Shown here piece after piece: positions 15,816 through 29,797 of a stretch of DNA of 64,000 nt. Source of the DNA: the human T2T-CHM13v2.0 reference genome, Homo sapiens. The stretch lies in assembly GCF_009914755.1 (NCBI RefSeq), contig NC_060931.1; one strand, given 5' to 3'. Position 1 is the first letter of the stretch. Each line of letters starts with the position of its first letter. A model generated the notes under the pieces. It saw only the letters and a list, made by a program, of their open reading frames with translations, was not told the origin of the DNA and made no database searches. A program made the translations under genes and the position numbers.

Positions 15816-16437
15816 AAAAACCATTGATACTATGAAAAAACTGCATCACCTAATGGGCAAAATAACCAGCTAGTATCATAATAACAGGATCAAATGCACA
15901 CATAACAATATTAACCTTAAATGTAAATGGGCTAAATGCCCCAATTAAAAGGCACATATTGGCAAATTGGATAAAGAGTCAAGACCCAGGAGTGTGCTGT
16001 ATTCAGGAGACACACCCCATCAAGCTACCATTGACTTTCCTCACAAAATTAGAAAAAACTTCTTTAAATTTCATATGGAACACAAAAAGATGCCATACAG
16101 CCAAGACAATCCTAAGCCAAAAGAACAAAGCTGGAGGCATCATGCTACCTGACTTCAAACTGTACTACAAAGCTACAGTAACCAAAATAGCATAGTACTG
16201 GTACCAAAACAGATATATAGACCAATTGAACAAAACAGAGGCCTCAGAAATAACACCACACATCTACAACCACCTGATCTTTGATAAACCTGACAAAAAC
16301 AAGAAATGGGGAAAGGGTTCCCTATTTAATAAATGATGGTGGGAAAACTGGCTAGCCGTAGGAATAAAACTGAAACTGGGCCCCTTCCTTACACCTTATA
16401 CAAAAATTAACTCAAAATGGATTAAAGATTTAAACAG

Positions 16438-16728
<291 letters not shown>

Positions 16729-18540
16729 TTAAACAGAAGACCTAAAACCATAAAAATCCTAGAAGAAAACCTAGGCAATACCATTCAGGACATAGGCATA
16801 GGCAAAGACTTCATGAGTAAAACACCAAAAGCAAGGGCAACAAAAGCCAAAACTGACAAATGGGATCTAATTAAAGAGCTTCTGCACAGCAAAAGAAACT
16901 ATCATCAGAGTGAATAGGCAACCTACAGAATGGGAGAAAATTTTTGCAATCTATCCATATGACAAAGGGCTAATATCCAGCATCTACAAGGAATTTAAAC
17001 AAATTTACAAGAAAAAAACAAACAACCCCATCAAAAAGTGGGCAAAGGATATGAACAGACACTTCTCAACAGAAGACATTCATGCATCCAACAAACATGT
17101 AAAAAAGCTCATCATCACTGGTCATTAGAAAAGTGCAAATCAAAACCACAATGAGATACCATCTCATGCCAGTTAGAATGGCGATCATTAAAAAGTCAGG
17201 AAACAGCAGATGGCTTTTACACTGTTGGTGGGAGTGTAAATTAGTTCAACTATTGTGGAAGACAGTGTGGTGATTCCTCAAGAAATACCATTTGACCCAG
17301 AAATCCCATTACTTGGTATATACCCATAGGATTATAAATTATGCTACTCTAAAGACACATGCACATGTATGTTTGTTGCACCACTATTCACAATAGCAAA
17401 GACTTGGAACCAACCCAAATGTCCATCAGTGTTAGACTGGGTAAAGAAATTGTGGCACATATACACTATGGAATGCTATGCAGCCATAAAAAAGAATGAG
17501 TTTATGTCCTTTGCAGGGGCATGGATGAAGCTGGAAACCATCATTCTCAGTAAACTCACAGGAACAGAAAACCAAACACCACATGTTCTCACTCATAAGT
17601 GGCAGTTGAACAATGAGAACATATGGCCACAGGGAGGGGAACATCAAACACTGGGGCCTGTCAGGGAGTTGGGGGCAAGGAGGGATACCATTAAAAGAAA
17701 TACCTAATGTAGATGATGGGATGATGGGTGCAACAAACCACCATGGCACGTGTATATCTATGTAACAAACCTGCATGTTCCACTCATATATCCCAGAACT
17801 TAAAGTATAATAAAAAAAGTGAAAAAAAGCATTTTATTAAAAATATTTTGACAATGGTTGTTATAAGTAACTATGTTTCCATTTTTCAACCTAGTTTGAC
17901 TATAATTGCATTAAACAAAGTACTGTAACTTGAGAGAGAAATACTTATAATTTGTCGTTTTATGAAAAATCTTGGTTAAAAACCTTTTTGACTTTCCAAA
18001 AATTGAAAAGTGAATGACACAGCTGACTGGGTTATAAATCCTTTTGCAAGTCAGGTGTTTTCTAGTTTTAAACAAATTTAAAATCAAATTTAAGAGTTTA
18101 TTAATGTATGGCCATAGGTCACTATAAGATTTTTTTGGGGGGGATATATATTTCAAAGAATTGTATAACATTATTTTAAAAAATTTATTTTATTTTCATA
18201 TATTTACTTATATGAATACGTTTTCTTGAGCTTATATTCATACAAATGAGTTACAACTCAAAGAAAACCTAGCAGAAAACTTTAATAGATAGAGTATTTT
18301 GGTAATAGGAAATAAAAATAACTTGTATTTTGTTTACCAATTTTAATTCATTTTTATTTAACGTATCTTCTTTTTTCACACAGAAGTATGTCAAGATAAT
18401 ACACAAAAACTTTGAAACTTGAAAACATATTACATAGGATAAAATGTTGTGAGGCAAGTGAACTGGAAATTTGAGTTCATGAATAAAAAGGAATGATGTA
18501 GAATTGTGACTACTAAAAAAGATAGTTTCTAAATTTGCTG

Positions 18541-18633
18541 TTTGCTAAAATAGCAAATAGCAAATAGATATTTGATAAAATAGCAAATAGCAAACAGATA
18601 TTTGCTAAAATAGCAAACAGATATTTGCTAAAA
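18541..18633. repeat. Minisatellite of 30/30/23-bp units, each with hairpin TTTGCTA-AAA-TAGCAAA
   Basis: Units read directly from the sequence. Confidence 0.9.
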
Positions 18634-19499
18634 AATGCATGCAGTGGCTATCATCTATGTCAAGAAAGTTACTTAACAGTTAAACTGATTACAGTGATAT
18701 TTATGTAAATATAATGTTAAATATTTTGGGAAACTTTACATTGGAATATACATAGAATAATGTAGAAAAATGTTACGTGTACAAATCAATAACTTTTAAT
18801 GAAATTAACACTCTCCCATATAATTTTAAAACCCAGATTGAGTCCGCATGCCAAGAGACTTCCTCATGATACCCCATGGTCATTAACCTCTCTCCAAAGG
18901 TACCATGGTTTGACTTTCCTAACTTCTGTCACTGTACCTTAGCCTAACAGTTTATTTATTTATTGGCTGTGTAACAGTTTTATTTTTATGTCAATGTTTT
19001 AAAAACATTGGAAATCACAACTTTATAACTGCTTCAGCTTATGATAAAAATATAGATATTGAAAATATCTGAAGGTCCATTTTTTTAATAAAATTAGGAG
19101 TTATCTGAGCCAGTGCAATGTGACAAGAAAAAAATGAAGCGGGAGGATTTTCAATAAGGAAGGAAGGAGGGAAGAAAAGTAAGAAACACAGAAAGAAAAA
19201 AGATGTTGGATGTGCGTAATATGATTGACTATGTCTTAAGTTCAAAAGAATCTTGAAAATGTTGAAACTAAACTGATCTAGAAATTTGAAAGATGACTGA
19301 GAGGAAAAACTTGTTTCTATATGGACTTGTGATGAATATATTGCTACTATTCTTATTTCTTACTATAAATATTAAATTTAGATGAAAGAAACTGAAATCT
19401 TACAGTCAGCATAATATTATTTATAACATAACACATTAACAACATGACACAGTTGCTAAGGTAGCATAATTGTTTGTCTATTTTTTATCAAAGCAGAAA

Positions 19500-19800
19500 T
19501 AAACTAGCTTGAGGTTTTTAAATAACAGTTTACATAACAATAAACATTCAGTTGGCTCATGATTCTGTTGTGTTCAGCTGACTTGTGCTGGGATAGACAG
19601 GTCTCTGCCAGGCTTCTCATGTATTTATGGTCAGCTGAAGATTTACTGAATGGGGCTGGGCATGCTCACATGGAGGGCTGGAAGGCTATTGGCTGATCGA
19701 GGCTGGCCTTAGCTGGGACGTGGCGGTAACTGGGCTGTATTCCAGTCAAGCTAGCCCAGGCATATTGTTTTGGTGGTGGAGGAGGTTGAAGAGTTCAAGA
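19500..19800 (-). mobile_element. Old MLT1-like LTR fragment
   Basis: GGCTCATGATTCTGT..GGGCTGGGC..CAAGCTAGCCCAGGCATATT. Confidence 0.5.
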
Positions 19801-20139
19801 GTTTTAAATTAAACAAAACAAAACAAAAACAGTGCAGAGTTATAATTATCCTAATCAAAGATGTCTCAAAATTTAAGTGTATACACAGATACGCCAGAGG
19901 GAGATTCATTCTAATGTCTGCCAAAAAACAAGTTAAAGTGACAGTACAAGTTAATGAGTTGATAGTCTCTAATATATTACAATTTGGTGTATGACATATT
20001 TGGGTGTGCTAGTCTTTTAATTAAAGTTTTTAAAACATTTACAATTTATTTAAATAATGATATTTAAGACAATTTTTTTTAGGATTCTTTGGAAAAAAAT
20101 TCACAATCCTCTAATGGTCAATGGAACATGACTTGAAAA

Positions 20140-20282
20140 TGTCAGTAATTCATTTCATTGATGAAAAAACTGAGACCCAGAAAGACTAAGTGACTTGTTC
20201 GAATGCTACACTTATGAAGCTGCAGATACGTGATGAGACCCCCAACCAGCTATTACCCATCTGATCTTTTTCTAACACGCCA
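20140..20282 (+). mobile_element. MIR
   Basis: GATGAAAAAACTGAGACCCAGAAAGACTAAGTGACTTG core. Confidence 0.7.
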
Positions 20283-20436
20283 CAAAATGTATCTATGGGT
20301 AATCCCTATGCTTTTCTGTTTAAGTAAAAATATAAAGTGATATAATACCTGGAAATAACTTGACACAGTAAACAGAAGGGTTGAGAACAAATACAAAATA
20401 TTTTTTTTCTAAAATTGTATAAATAGCTGATGAACA

Positions 20437-20712
20437 GACTGGGCGTGATGGCTCACGCCTGTAATCCCAGCACTTTGGGAGGCTGAGGCAGGCAGATCAC
20501 CTGAGGTCGGGAGTTCGAAACCACCCTGACCAACATGGAAAAACCTGGTCTCTACTAAAAATACAAAATCAGCCGAGCATGGTGGTGCATGCCTGTAATC
20601 CCAGCTACTTGGGAGAGTTGAGGCAGGAGAGTCAGTTGAACCTGGGAGGCAGAGGTTGTCGTGAGCCATTGCACTCCAGCCTGGGCAACAAGAGCGAAAC
20701 TCCGTCTCAAAA
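20437..20712 (+). mobile_element. AluSp-like followed by (AT)n
   Basis: GAGGTCGGGAGTTCG..CCTGACCAACATGGA; GGGCAACAAGAGCGAAACTCC. Confidence 0.93.
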
Positions 20713-20924
20713 ATATATATATATAAGTGTATGTTCATCAGATATATATTTTATTTATATATATATATACACACACACACTTTTGAAAAGAGATATATGT
20801 TCTATGCATTATGAGTTACTTAAGCCATTGTGTTGGCAGTACATTATATTGCAAGCTATTCAAGTCTTAATTTTTATATTTATCAGCACATAAATTTGAT
20901 CATGTGTGAACAATGGAATATACG

Positions 20925-21126
20925 TAGTTATATGCTAGTAGATATTTACAACTGTTTCTCTGAAAACCAAAAGTAGCCATTATTGTAACGTGTATTTTTG
21001 TGATATAAATATTCCCATTATGGCTGGTTTCAAACTGCCAACATGATGACAGTGAACACAGAGCTGGGAAGAGAAGCTCACAGTAGGTTCTGGTCAGCCA
21101 GTGAGAGTCAGCTGCAGCATGTCACT
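20925..21126 (-). mobile_element. MER63A-like hAT MITE
   Basis: ATTCCCATTATGGCTGGTTTCAAACTGCCAACATGATGACAGTGAACACAGAGCTGGGAAGAGA..GAGTCAGCTGCAGCATGTCACT. Confidence 0.65.
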
Positions 21127-22601
21127 CACCCTTTTTCCTAAGTTGTTTGTTGTAATGCACGCCCATCTGTATGAATTCCTCAGTAATTCAGACTTATTCA
21201 TATGCATTGGAAACTTGACTGATATAGAGCTCTTCCTCAAAGATTCTTGGTTGTGTTGCTATTGTCATCATGATGCCATCTGCAGCTCTATCCCTCTCCT
21301 TACAAGGCAGCATAATGTGGTTATGCTGTAAATGTAACTTCTGAGACTATCTCCATATGTGAAAACCAGAATAATAATACCCGCCTTTTCTACTTCATCA
21401 TGTATTGAATGTAAAATGCTTTACAAATAATGATTAATTTTATCTTCCCTCTTGCTTTCTGTTTTCCTTTGGCACAATACTTTTAATCCATGGCCTTAGA
21501 TCTTCAAACTCAGTGTAAGTTATATTCTGAGATACTTGAATTTAATGAGATTTACCTAATGAAGACAACTTACCTTTGATTAGCTGGTAAAATCTTTTGT
21601 CTAGCTCTAAAAACGGCAGGGTTGCTGTCAGCTAACCATGTCCTAACCCTCAGCTTTGTGGTTGAATGCTTCAGTTGCTTCTTTTTCCAAATCAATGGAG
21701 CCAATTAGTTCACTGATCTTTATGAAAATGAAAATAACAAGAAGAGTTGCATTTTCTGTCTTCCTCTTACCTATATGAACATTTATCAAAACTGACCCCA
21801 GTTTGTTTTTAGTGAAGTGTCAACAGGTATGTGTATGTTTGAATGTATGTATTTGGGATAAGGAAGGCATCTGAGAGAGGACTCTATGCTTAAAAAGTAA
21901 ACTTTATGGAGAAAGATTCTAATATTTCTAGAAGCTAATTCTTACTTGTGTGCTACGGACAATAGAAATATTTGGTCTATTTCACTTACTTCCCTTACCA
22001 TATGTTGTTTTCCTTGCAGCATTTGGTGCTACTGTTGACTAGCTCCTTGAAATATTTTTCTTGATGGTTTCCTTGACACTGTTCTCATAATTCTCCTCCT
22101 ACCTTCTCAGTTTATCCTTATCAATTGCTTTATTGGACTCCTCTTTCTTTGCCTGTCCTTAAAATACCATAAATTTTTGAATGACATTCATTTGTTTTTT
22201 CCTTCCCAATTCTGCATACCTTTCTTAGCCACACATAATCTTACCATCTTTCTGCTCCTGGAACCCCACCCTGTTTTGCCTATGGTCCCCCCATTCACTT
22301 ACCATTTCTAACTGGCTGTTGCTCATGGTATGTCATGATAAGTAGGAGGAGAAAAGTGAGCTTACTAATTCTCTACTGTAACTTTACTGTAATTTCCTTG
22401 GTTCATAAGTGGAAATCAGAAATAAAGTTACCTTTAACAAAGATTAAAACAAACTTCACTGAAAAAGAATGGTATTGCCAAATTATTGTATCAGTCTTTA
22501 CCAGTGTTGAGCTTTAGGTTTATTTAATTGTTACATCACTTGTTTTTCTCTACTTTTAATGACTAGTACATATGGAATAAAACAACCATGTTCTTGATGG
22601 G

Positions 22602-22991
22602 TGATATGGTTTGGATTTGTGTCCCCACCCAAATCTCATGTTGAATTGTAATCTCCAGTGTGGGAGGAAGGGCCTGGTGGGAAGTGACTGGATCATGGGG
22701 GTGGTTTCTAAAGGTTTAGTACCATCTCCCTAATGCTGTCTTGTACAGTTCTCCCAAGAACTGCTTGTTTAAAAGTGAATAGTACCCTCTGTCCCCTCTC
22801 TCTCCTACTGGCCATGTGAAGATGTGCTTGCTTCCCCTTCACCTTCTGCCATGATTGTAAGTTTCCTGAGGCCTCCCCAGAAGCAGAATCCTGTAGAGCC
22901 AGCAGAACCACAAGCTGATTAAACCTCTTTTCTTTATAAATTATCCAGTTTTGGGTATTTATTTATAGTAGGGTGAGAATAGACTAATATA
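22602..22991 (+). mobile_element. MST MaLR LTR
   Basis: TGATATGGTTTGGATTTGTGTCCCCACCCAAATCTCATG ... GACTAATATA; 5-bp TSD (A/G)TGGG. Confidence 0.92.
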
Positions 22992-23679
22992 GTGGGTATG
23001 GAAGGAAAAGGATTTTGGTGAAAAGATTTTGAAGTGAGGAAAAACAAACTTGAAAGCACATTAGACTACATCTTCTTGTCTTTACTTGGTCTCTCCTTTC
23101 TATGTCCTCTTACGGAGAACTAGGTTGGAGTTTTAGTTTTCCTTTTCTCCCAAGTGTAACTTGGAAGTCATGAAACTTCAAAATCTATCTTGAGTTTTTA
23201 GGGAGGATGAAAGCAGTTCAGAAATGTTCTCTCCTTCCTAGTCAGCTGTACTAGTGTTAATTTTTTTCATAAAGTATAATGTAAAATTGTGTCTAAAAAC
23301 ATTTTTAAAATGTATATCATCAATTTACTGAAAGTTATGTCTGCTTACAAATTATATAGTATCCTAGTCCTTTTCCTGGAACTGTAGTTTTGGTGGGTTT
23401 TTTTGGTACCATTCATTTATATGCTAAATGTGGTAGAAAATGTATAAAATCATAGCAGGTAAACTTTCTTGTCTGTGTTTTGACCTTGGTTTTTAAATCT
23501 GCAGTCAATTAGAGGAAAATGTTCTTAATTTCTTAGTTTCTACCAGTTACCTGCCTCTCTCAAATGCATCCCCAGAACCTAGAAGTTTATTGTGCACTGT
23601 TCTAATTTGAAAGCTGTTGTCATCTAGTTTTATTTTCTAAGACTAAAGTTTAGAATCCTCTTGATTCACCCCACAGGTT

Positions 23680-23965
23680 TTCATTCAATACACACATTGA
23701 CTATCTTCCTTATGTTAGTCACTGTGGTAGGTGCTTAGAATACAAAGTTGTGTAAGTCATGGTCCCTGTCCTCAAAAGTACCTCATCATCCAGTAGGGAG
23801 ACAGGCATAAAAACAGGAAATTACATTACAGAATGATAAGTGCCATTAGAAAGGAGAGCACAAGGGACAGTGATCCAAGGAAGAGAATTAATTTTGCCTG
23901 GAGAGTAGGGAGAGCTTCTGCCTTAAGGAAGGTCGTGCTTGAATTATTCCTTGAATGATGAGTGG
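23680..23965 (-). mobile_element. L2 3' fragment
   Basis: TTCATTCAA..CATTGA..GTAGGTGCT..GGTCCCTGTCCTCAA..TCCAGTAGGGAGACAG. Confidence 0.65.
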
Positions 23966-24246
23966 ATTTAGTACTCTCTGTTCAAGAGTCCCAATTAACA
24001 GGTTGATACCAAAGAGGCCAGGTCTTCCCTTCAATGGAGGACATTAAAATGATTCTCAGTTAGAACATAATGTGTGTTCTGATACAGTTCCTCTGTGGAG
24101 CTAGTCCTTAAAGTTATATAAATTTGTAACTCCTAGTTTAAGGTGACTCTTGAGTTACACTTTGGGTTTTTATTTCCCTACTCTCTGCATATGGATTTTC
24201 TTCTATCACTCAATCATCATTCTCTTAATGCTTTTAAAAGGGTTAT

Positions 24247-24751
24247 TGTGGTAGGCAGAATAATGATCCCTCCTCCAAAGATGCACCCCCAGTCTCCAGA
24301 TCCTGTGAATATATACTTTACATGCAAAAGGGGCATTAAAGTGGCAGGTAGAATTAATTATTGCTAGTTATCTGACCTTAAAATAACATTATCCTGGATT
24401 AATTTGGAGGGCCCAAGGTAACCAAGGGTTCTTAGGTGTAGAAAAAGAAGGCAGAGGGCTGTCAGAATGATATGATGTGGGAAAGACTCAACTGGCCATT
24501 GCTGACCTTGAAAATGGAAGAAAAGGCCACAGTTAAAGAGTGCTGATAGCCTCCAGAAGCTGGAAAAGTCAAGGGAATGAGCTCTACCCTGAAGCCTCCA
24601 GAAAGAATGCAGCCCAGCCAACACCTTGATTTTAGCCCAGTGGACTCATTTGGACCTTTTGACCTTGAAGACTGTAAGAGAATAAATTTTTGTTATTTTA
24701 AACCATCCAGTTGGTGGTAATTTGTTACAGCAGCAATTGGAAACTAATGCA
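24247..24751 (+). mobile_element. MLT1D-like LTR
   Basis: TGTGGTAGGCAGAATAATG...CTCCAGAAGCTGGAAAAG...CAGCAATTGGAAACTAATGCA. Confidence 0.85.
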
Positions 24752-26588
24752 GCTGCTAAAGTCTGTCCTCAATTATTACTTCTCATCTTACACATTGCTC
24801 ACACTCCATTCTGCCTCATGGCTTTACAGAGCTCCCTTGCTTCTTTATACCTCCAACTGTCTACCAGGGCCCAGGTTCTCCAGGTTCATTTGTTAATTAA
24901 GAAATCCTTGCCTAATTTCTATTTATTACTGTCTCAGTACAAACCAATATCTAGCATCTCACATTTATATTTTCTCATATTTCCTTCTAAGTTTGCCATC
25001 AGGTCTCAAATTCAAATTATTGTATGCCTTGGCTCTTGCCAATATTTCCCTCTCACCCCCCAAGCAAACTAACCTTCCTTATTACCCATTCAATCTCATT
25101 CTTCTTAGAAAGATTCTATTAATTGAAAAATAACGTGGTGCATTGGGAGCATTTCCTGATGGAACTAGGTGACTAATCCAGGGTCCAAGATTACTCCTAG
25201 TCTACTGCAAAATGAAAAAGTTCCTTACAAAGTAGTGGTAGGGGTTGGGGGAGAATAGGCAAGGGCATACATTGGTCATGTATGAACATACTTCCAAACT
25301 GACTATCTGTTTTGGGGTACATGTCCAAGTTGCTGTTCTCCCAGGCAGTTTTCATCATTCCTAACCCATGCCCATCATGGTTTGGTATACCAAGGCATGG
25401 CAGTGGGGATGTGCCTATTAAGAGAAGTATGTCTGAAAAACACTGCTATGGGAGACAAGTGGGCAAAAGTTCAAATGAGAGGAAGCTGAAGGAGAAAAAA
25501 AGTTCTTTGGGGGCAGTTTTAAACCATAGACCTGGACATTCTGGGATCTAAAGAGTTTTACTGATGAGTCACTCATGAGTGAATCAAAGCAACTCATTGC
25601 TCTGCAAAGTTCTTAGAAATAATGTGCTCTCCCCAAATTGCATCTTCTCCATACTTTTCTCCCCAAAGGAACATGTTCCTTTAAGTTACAAATCAGGAGA
25701 AAATGCCTTCCAATAATGTGCTGGTGGGAGAAACAGAATCTGAGTCAGAGTGACCCTCAGAGGTAATGTTTATTGATACATTTTAAGTTGTTGTAGCCCA
25801 TGTCACTTTTCTTTTGCTGTATCTTAGAGGGAATCTAAAATACAGTCCTCATCTTCCTGTCCTTATGTTGCAGTATGTGGTTTGGTTTCTTTATTTCAGT
25901 ACTTAATTTGCCTAAATTTTATCTTTTTATTTCCAGTTTCAGAAACTATCTAATGTTCTAAAAAGTGATTTTAAATGTGGGAACAACCTGGAGTCCTTGA
26001 TTAAAATATCAATGGATAGTACCGATTTTTTTTTAAGTATGGTAAGGGTGGTTTTTAAAAAGTCAGCTCTATATTTCAAAAGCATGAATAAAATATTATA
26101 AGGGGAAATGATAATTTCCTGGCTGTGGCAGGAGTTGAAAGCCGGTGGCTGGGGTAGGTTGGGCACATTGTAACTGAAAAAAGAAGCCAATGAAAAAAGA
26201 ACTGAAGCAGAGAGGGTGAACTAGAAATAACACAGTAGGGGATGAAGGACAAAGCATCCGTAGTCCCAGATCCACAGAAGAATGCCATGGATATTCTTAA
26301 CAACAGAAAGATAATATTAAGAAATAATTTCAATTTTAAGTAAAAGTAATCAATAGGGAAAGAAAATAACAAAGGCATTATCTAGAATGATGTATCTTAT
26401 AATCTGGGAAAGGAAGAGGGACAAGGAAGGAATTTACTCATCTTGGGAACTAAAGAGTGGTAACCAGATGCTCACTTGTTCTAGGAATATAATTTTGGCC
26501 AAGTTAATCTTACAGTAAAACTCCAACCTGAGAATAATATTGATAGATATGTGTCAGACACTGGCCTATAGGATATATATGTAATCCC

Positions 26589-27003
26589 TGTGTTAGTTCA
26601 TTCTTGCACTGCTGTGAAGACATACCTGAGACTGGGTAATTATAAAGAAAAGAGGTTTAGCGGGCTCATGGTTCTATAGGCTGTACAGGAAGCACAGCAG
26701 CTTCTGCTTCTGGGGAGGCTTCAGGAAACTTACAATCATGACGGAAGGTGAAGAGGAAGCAGGCATGTCTTACATGGCTGGAGAAGGAGCAAGAAAGAGG
26801 AGGAGGGGAGATGCTACACACTTTTAAATGACTAGCTCTCATGAGAACTCACTCACTATACAGTACCAATGGGGTATGGTGCTACCTGTTCATGAGAACT
26901 CTGCCCCCATGATCCAGTCACCTCCCACCAGGCCCTTCCTCCAACACTGAAGATTACAATTTGACATGAGATTTGTGTGAGGACACAGATTCAAACCATA
27001 TCA
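26589..27003 (-). mobile_element. MSTA-like LTR inserted into a MIR (MIR continues to ~27170)
   Basis: TGTGTTAGTTCATTCTTGCACTGCTG...TTCAAACCATATCA; TSD ATCC(C/T). Confidence 0.9.
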
Positions 27004-27527
27004 ATCCTCAAAACAGCCTTATGGGGTAGATAGTGTTACTATCATCTACATTTTTAGCTGGGAATATTGAAGCATGACTACTGGCCAAAAATGCCAGTGC
27101 TTATACGTAGTGGATATGAGATTTGAACCCAGACCATCCAACTCCAAGGTTAGCAACTGTGCCACACTGCCTTGGGAAGAGCCTTTGGACAGTGAAATTG
27201 TGGGATGATGGTTTGTTCTAGGAATGGACTGATACATTAAAGACTGAGCTGTCCTATGTCATGACAGCAATGGGATGAGAGTTGAGGAGCAAACCTTGTT
27301 TCATTGAAGCAAGGTAACAACAACATAAAAGAACAAAGACAGTCCATCAGTATTTGCAGTGTAGAACTCCATCCTAATTTTCTGGGCGTTTTAACCATTT
27401 GCATAATGCAAGGTTAGTGAGTAGAACTTGGGGAGGAGAGGAGAGGGGAGCTTGGAGCAGGATTTCAGAACCAAAGGTTCTCAGGAATTGGTGCTATGAT
27501 CAGAATGGAGAGGCAGAGTCCAAGACG

Positions 27528-28409
27528 TGTTACTGAAACAGCAGGGGTTTGGTCTAGGTCCTGCTCCTTGCTGCACAGAATGCCAATCACTGAGATGACA
27601 AGTATTGCCAAGGAAAAAGGCTTTAATCAGGTGCTGTAGCCAAGGAGGTGGTTGCTCAGTCTCAAATTCAGCTCCCTGACTGACTAAACTAGGGCTTTAT
27701 ATAGCAGGGAAGAAATGTAACAATATGTAAAAAAACAGGAACTGGGTGCGAGCGGTGCAGAAGGAGGCATCTGGTGTGGTGATCTGGTGAGTTTTAGTTC
27801 TGTGATACTTTTTTGGAGTGGCCTGAAGGTCGTTTCCTGAGGAAGTGTATTAGTCTGTTTTCACACTGCTATGAAGAACCACCCGAGACTGGGTAATTTA
27901 TAAAGGAAAGAAATTTAACTGGCTCACAGTTCAGCATGGCTAGGGAGGCCTCAGGAAAATTCCAATCATGGCAGAAGGTGAAGGGGCAGCATGGCACCTT
28001 CTTCACAAGGCGACAGGAAGGAGAATGAACTACCAAACACTTATAAAACCATCAAATCTAGTGAGAACTCACTCACTATCATGAGAACCGCATGGGGGAA
28101 GCCACCCCCATGATTCAATTACCTTCACCTGGTCTCTCCCTTGACAAGTGGGGATTATGGGAATTATGGGGATGACAATTCAAGATGAGATTTTGGGTGG
28201 AGACACAGCCAAACCATATCAGGAAGGAACTCAGATAAAACAAATACAAGTTTCAAGCTTTAACAACAGAAGGGTCAATTTCTATGTTTATCCCATAAAC
28301 AGTTTGTTCTAGGAATGAACTGATACATTAAAGATAGAGCCGTCCTCTATCATGACAGCAATGGGATGAGAATCTATGGGACTGCCTATGGGACTATTGG
28401 GTCAATTTC
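27528..28409 (-). mobile_element. ERV1 LTR (MER57-like), interrupted by THE1
   Basis: TGTTACTGAAACAGCAGGGGTTTGGTCTAGGTCC..GCCAATCACTGAGA..GGCTTTAAT ... GGGTCAATTTCA. Confidence 0.7.
27846..28221 (-). mobile_element. THE1C-like LTR
   Basis: TGTATTAGTCTGTTTTCACACTGCT...CAGCCAAACCATATCA; TSD GGAAG at 27841-27845 and 28222-28226. Confidence 0.93.
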
Positions 28410-29449
28410 AGAGGGAGATCCAGGACTATGTTGTGAACAATAGCAAAAATTACCATAAAGGATTTGGATCTTTTTGAAGCTTATTAATAATAAAAGTAGC
28501 CTTGTATTACCTCTGCTGTGAAGCTTCCCACCACAGGCAATTTGGGGGCTGCCAAGTTACAGGATCCAGGGGTTACCATTCCCATAGAATATTAATCTGT
28601 CTGGATTTATGCATAAATGGCCCTTTTGACTTGTATGTGTCAGTGGAGAGGAACTTGCAGAATTTGCAGCAACTGCCCTTCCCCTTCGTGACTTTGGAAG
28701 ATGGGGATGCCTGGTGTCCTCATGCTCTCTATATCTCAGAACCCTCTTGAGTTGATAAGGACTTTCCAATCAGCCTTTTTCATTATCTCCTGCCTACTTT
28801 AACTTCAGACACATTCACATTCATCAGTCTTGTCTTATCTGAACAATGAGCAGGGACTAGTACCAGGCACAATGGAAGAGGTAATATTCAGAGGCTTTAA
28901 TTATATTCACACTTGAGGAGTCTCCAGAAAGAACACTTTGCAAGTCATAAACTATCAGCACCAGCGCTGCCACACACTTGTTTTTAATTATTGATGAGCA
29001 GCTGGTTTGGTTGTGGGATGCCTTTCAGGGTATCCTTCAAGTGTTAACTTTGCAGCACCATAGTCCTGGCTCTCTGGACAGAGTTGCTCTAGCCGGGTTA
29101 CTTTGGTCAGAGTTAGAAGGAATAAACACTGTCAGTGTGATGCCACAAACATTCACTGAGCACGTTCTATGTGCCAGGGTTTGTTTGTGGTTCAATATTC
29201 TGTTTGGGATGAGAGAAAAATGAGCTCTGCTTTCAGGAGCTCACAGTGAAGAAATGAGGAGGAATATAGAAGCAAATTAACACAAATCAGCATGAGACGT
29301 GCTGCGGAGGAGCTACTTTAAGGGGGCAGAGGAAGGTGCGGTCAACATTTGGGGAGCTCTGACGGTCACCCAGAGAAGCAGATGCTCGAGCCGGGTTCCT
29401 CTGGTCTTATCCTTGTAGGTCTCTCCATCTGCATGGGATCCCTCTATCA

Positions 29450-29620
29450 GAAAGTATTGACCTTGGCTTCAGAATCACCTGGAAAGCTCTGAAAGACCTC
29501 AGTGCCTAGACTGCAGCCCAGACCAACTAACACTCCCTGGGGGTGGTACCCAGGCATCTGTATTTTTAAAAATTCTGCATGTGATATTAATGGGCAGCCG
29601 AGTTTGAAAACCACTGTCAT
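29450..29620. mobile_element. MER5-like hAT MITE
   Basis: CAGAATCACCTGGAAAGC..CCCAGGCATCTGTATTTTTAA..AGTTTGAAAACCACTG. Confidence 0.7.
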
Positions 29621-29797
29621 AAATCGAGAATTCAGTAATTCAAAAATAAGAGTTAGGAAGATGACTGTATTATGGTTTGGAGACTGTTACTATATTCTGA
29701 GAGGGCTGGTAGAGAAAAAAATATTGTTGTTCAGAGGAGATCAGTGGTTATATCTAGCCAGGTTCAAATACAGGAGCATCATAGAATTTTACTAACA

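Noticed and set aside
20427-20741. Inverted CTGATGAACA/TGTTCATCAG flanking an Alu
   Set aside because: Only 10 bp perfect in AT-rich sequence; could be chance or a pre-existing small palindrome.
25563-25750. AP-1-like TGAGTCA sites and the palindrome TCACTCATGAGTGA as an enhancer
   Set aside because: Short motifs occur by chance in 64 kb; no chromatin data.
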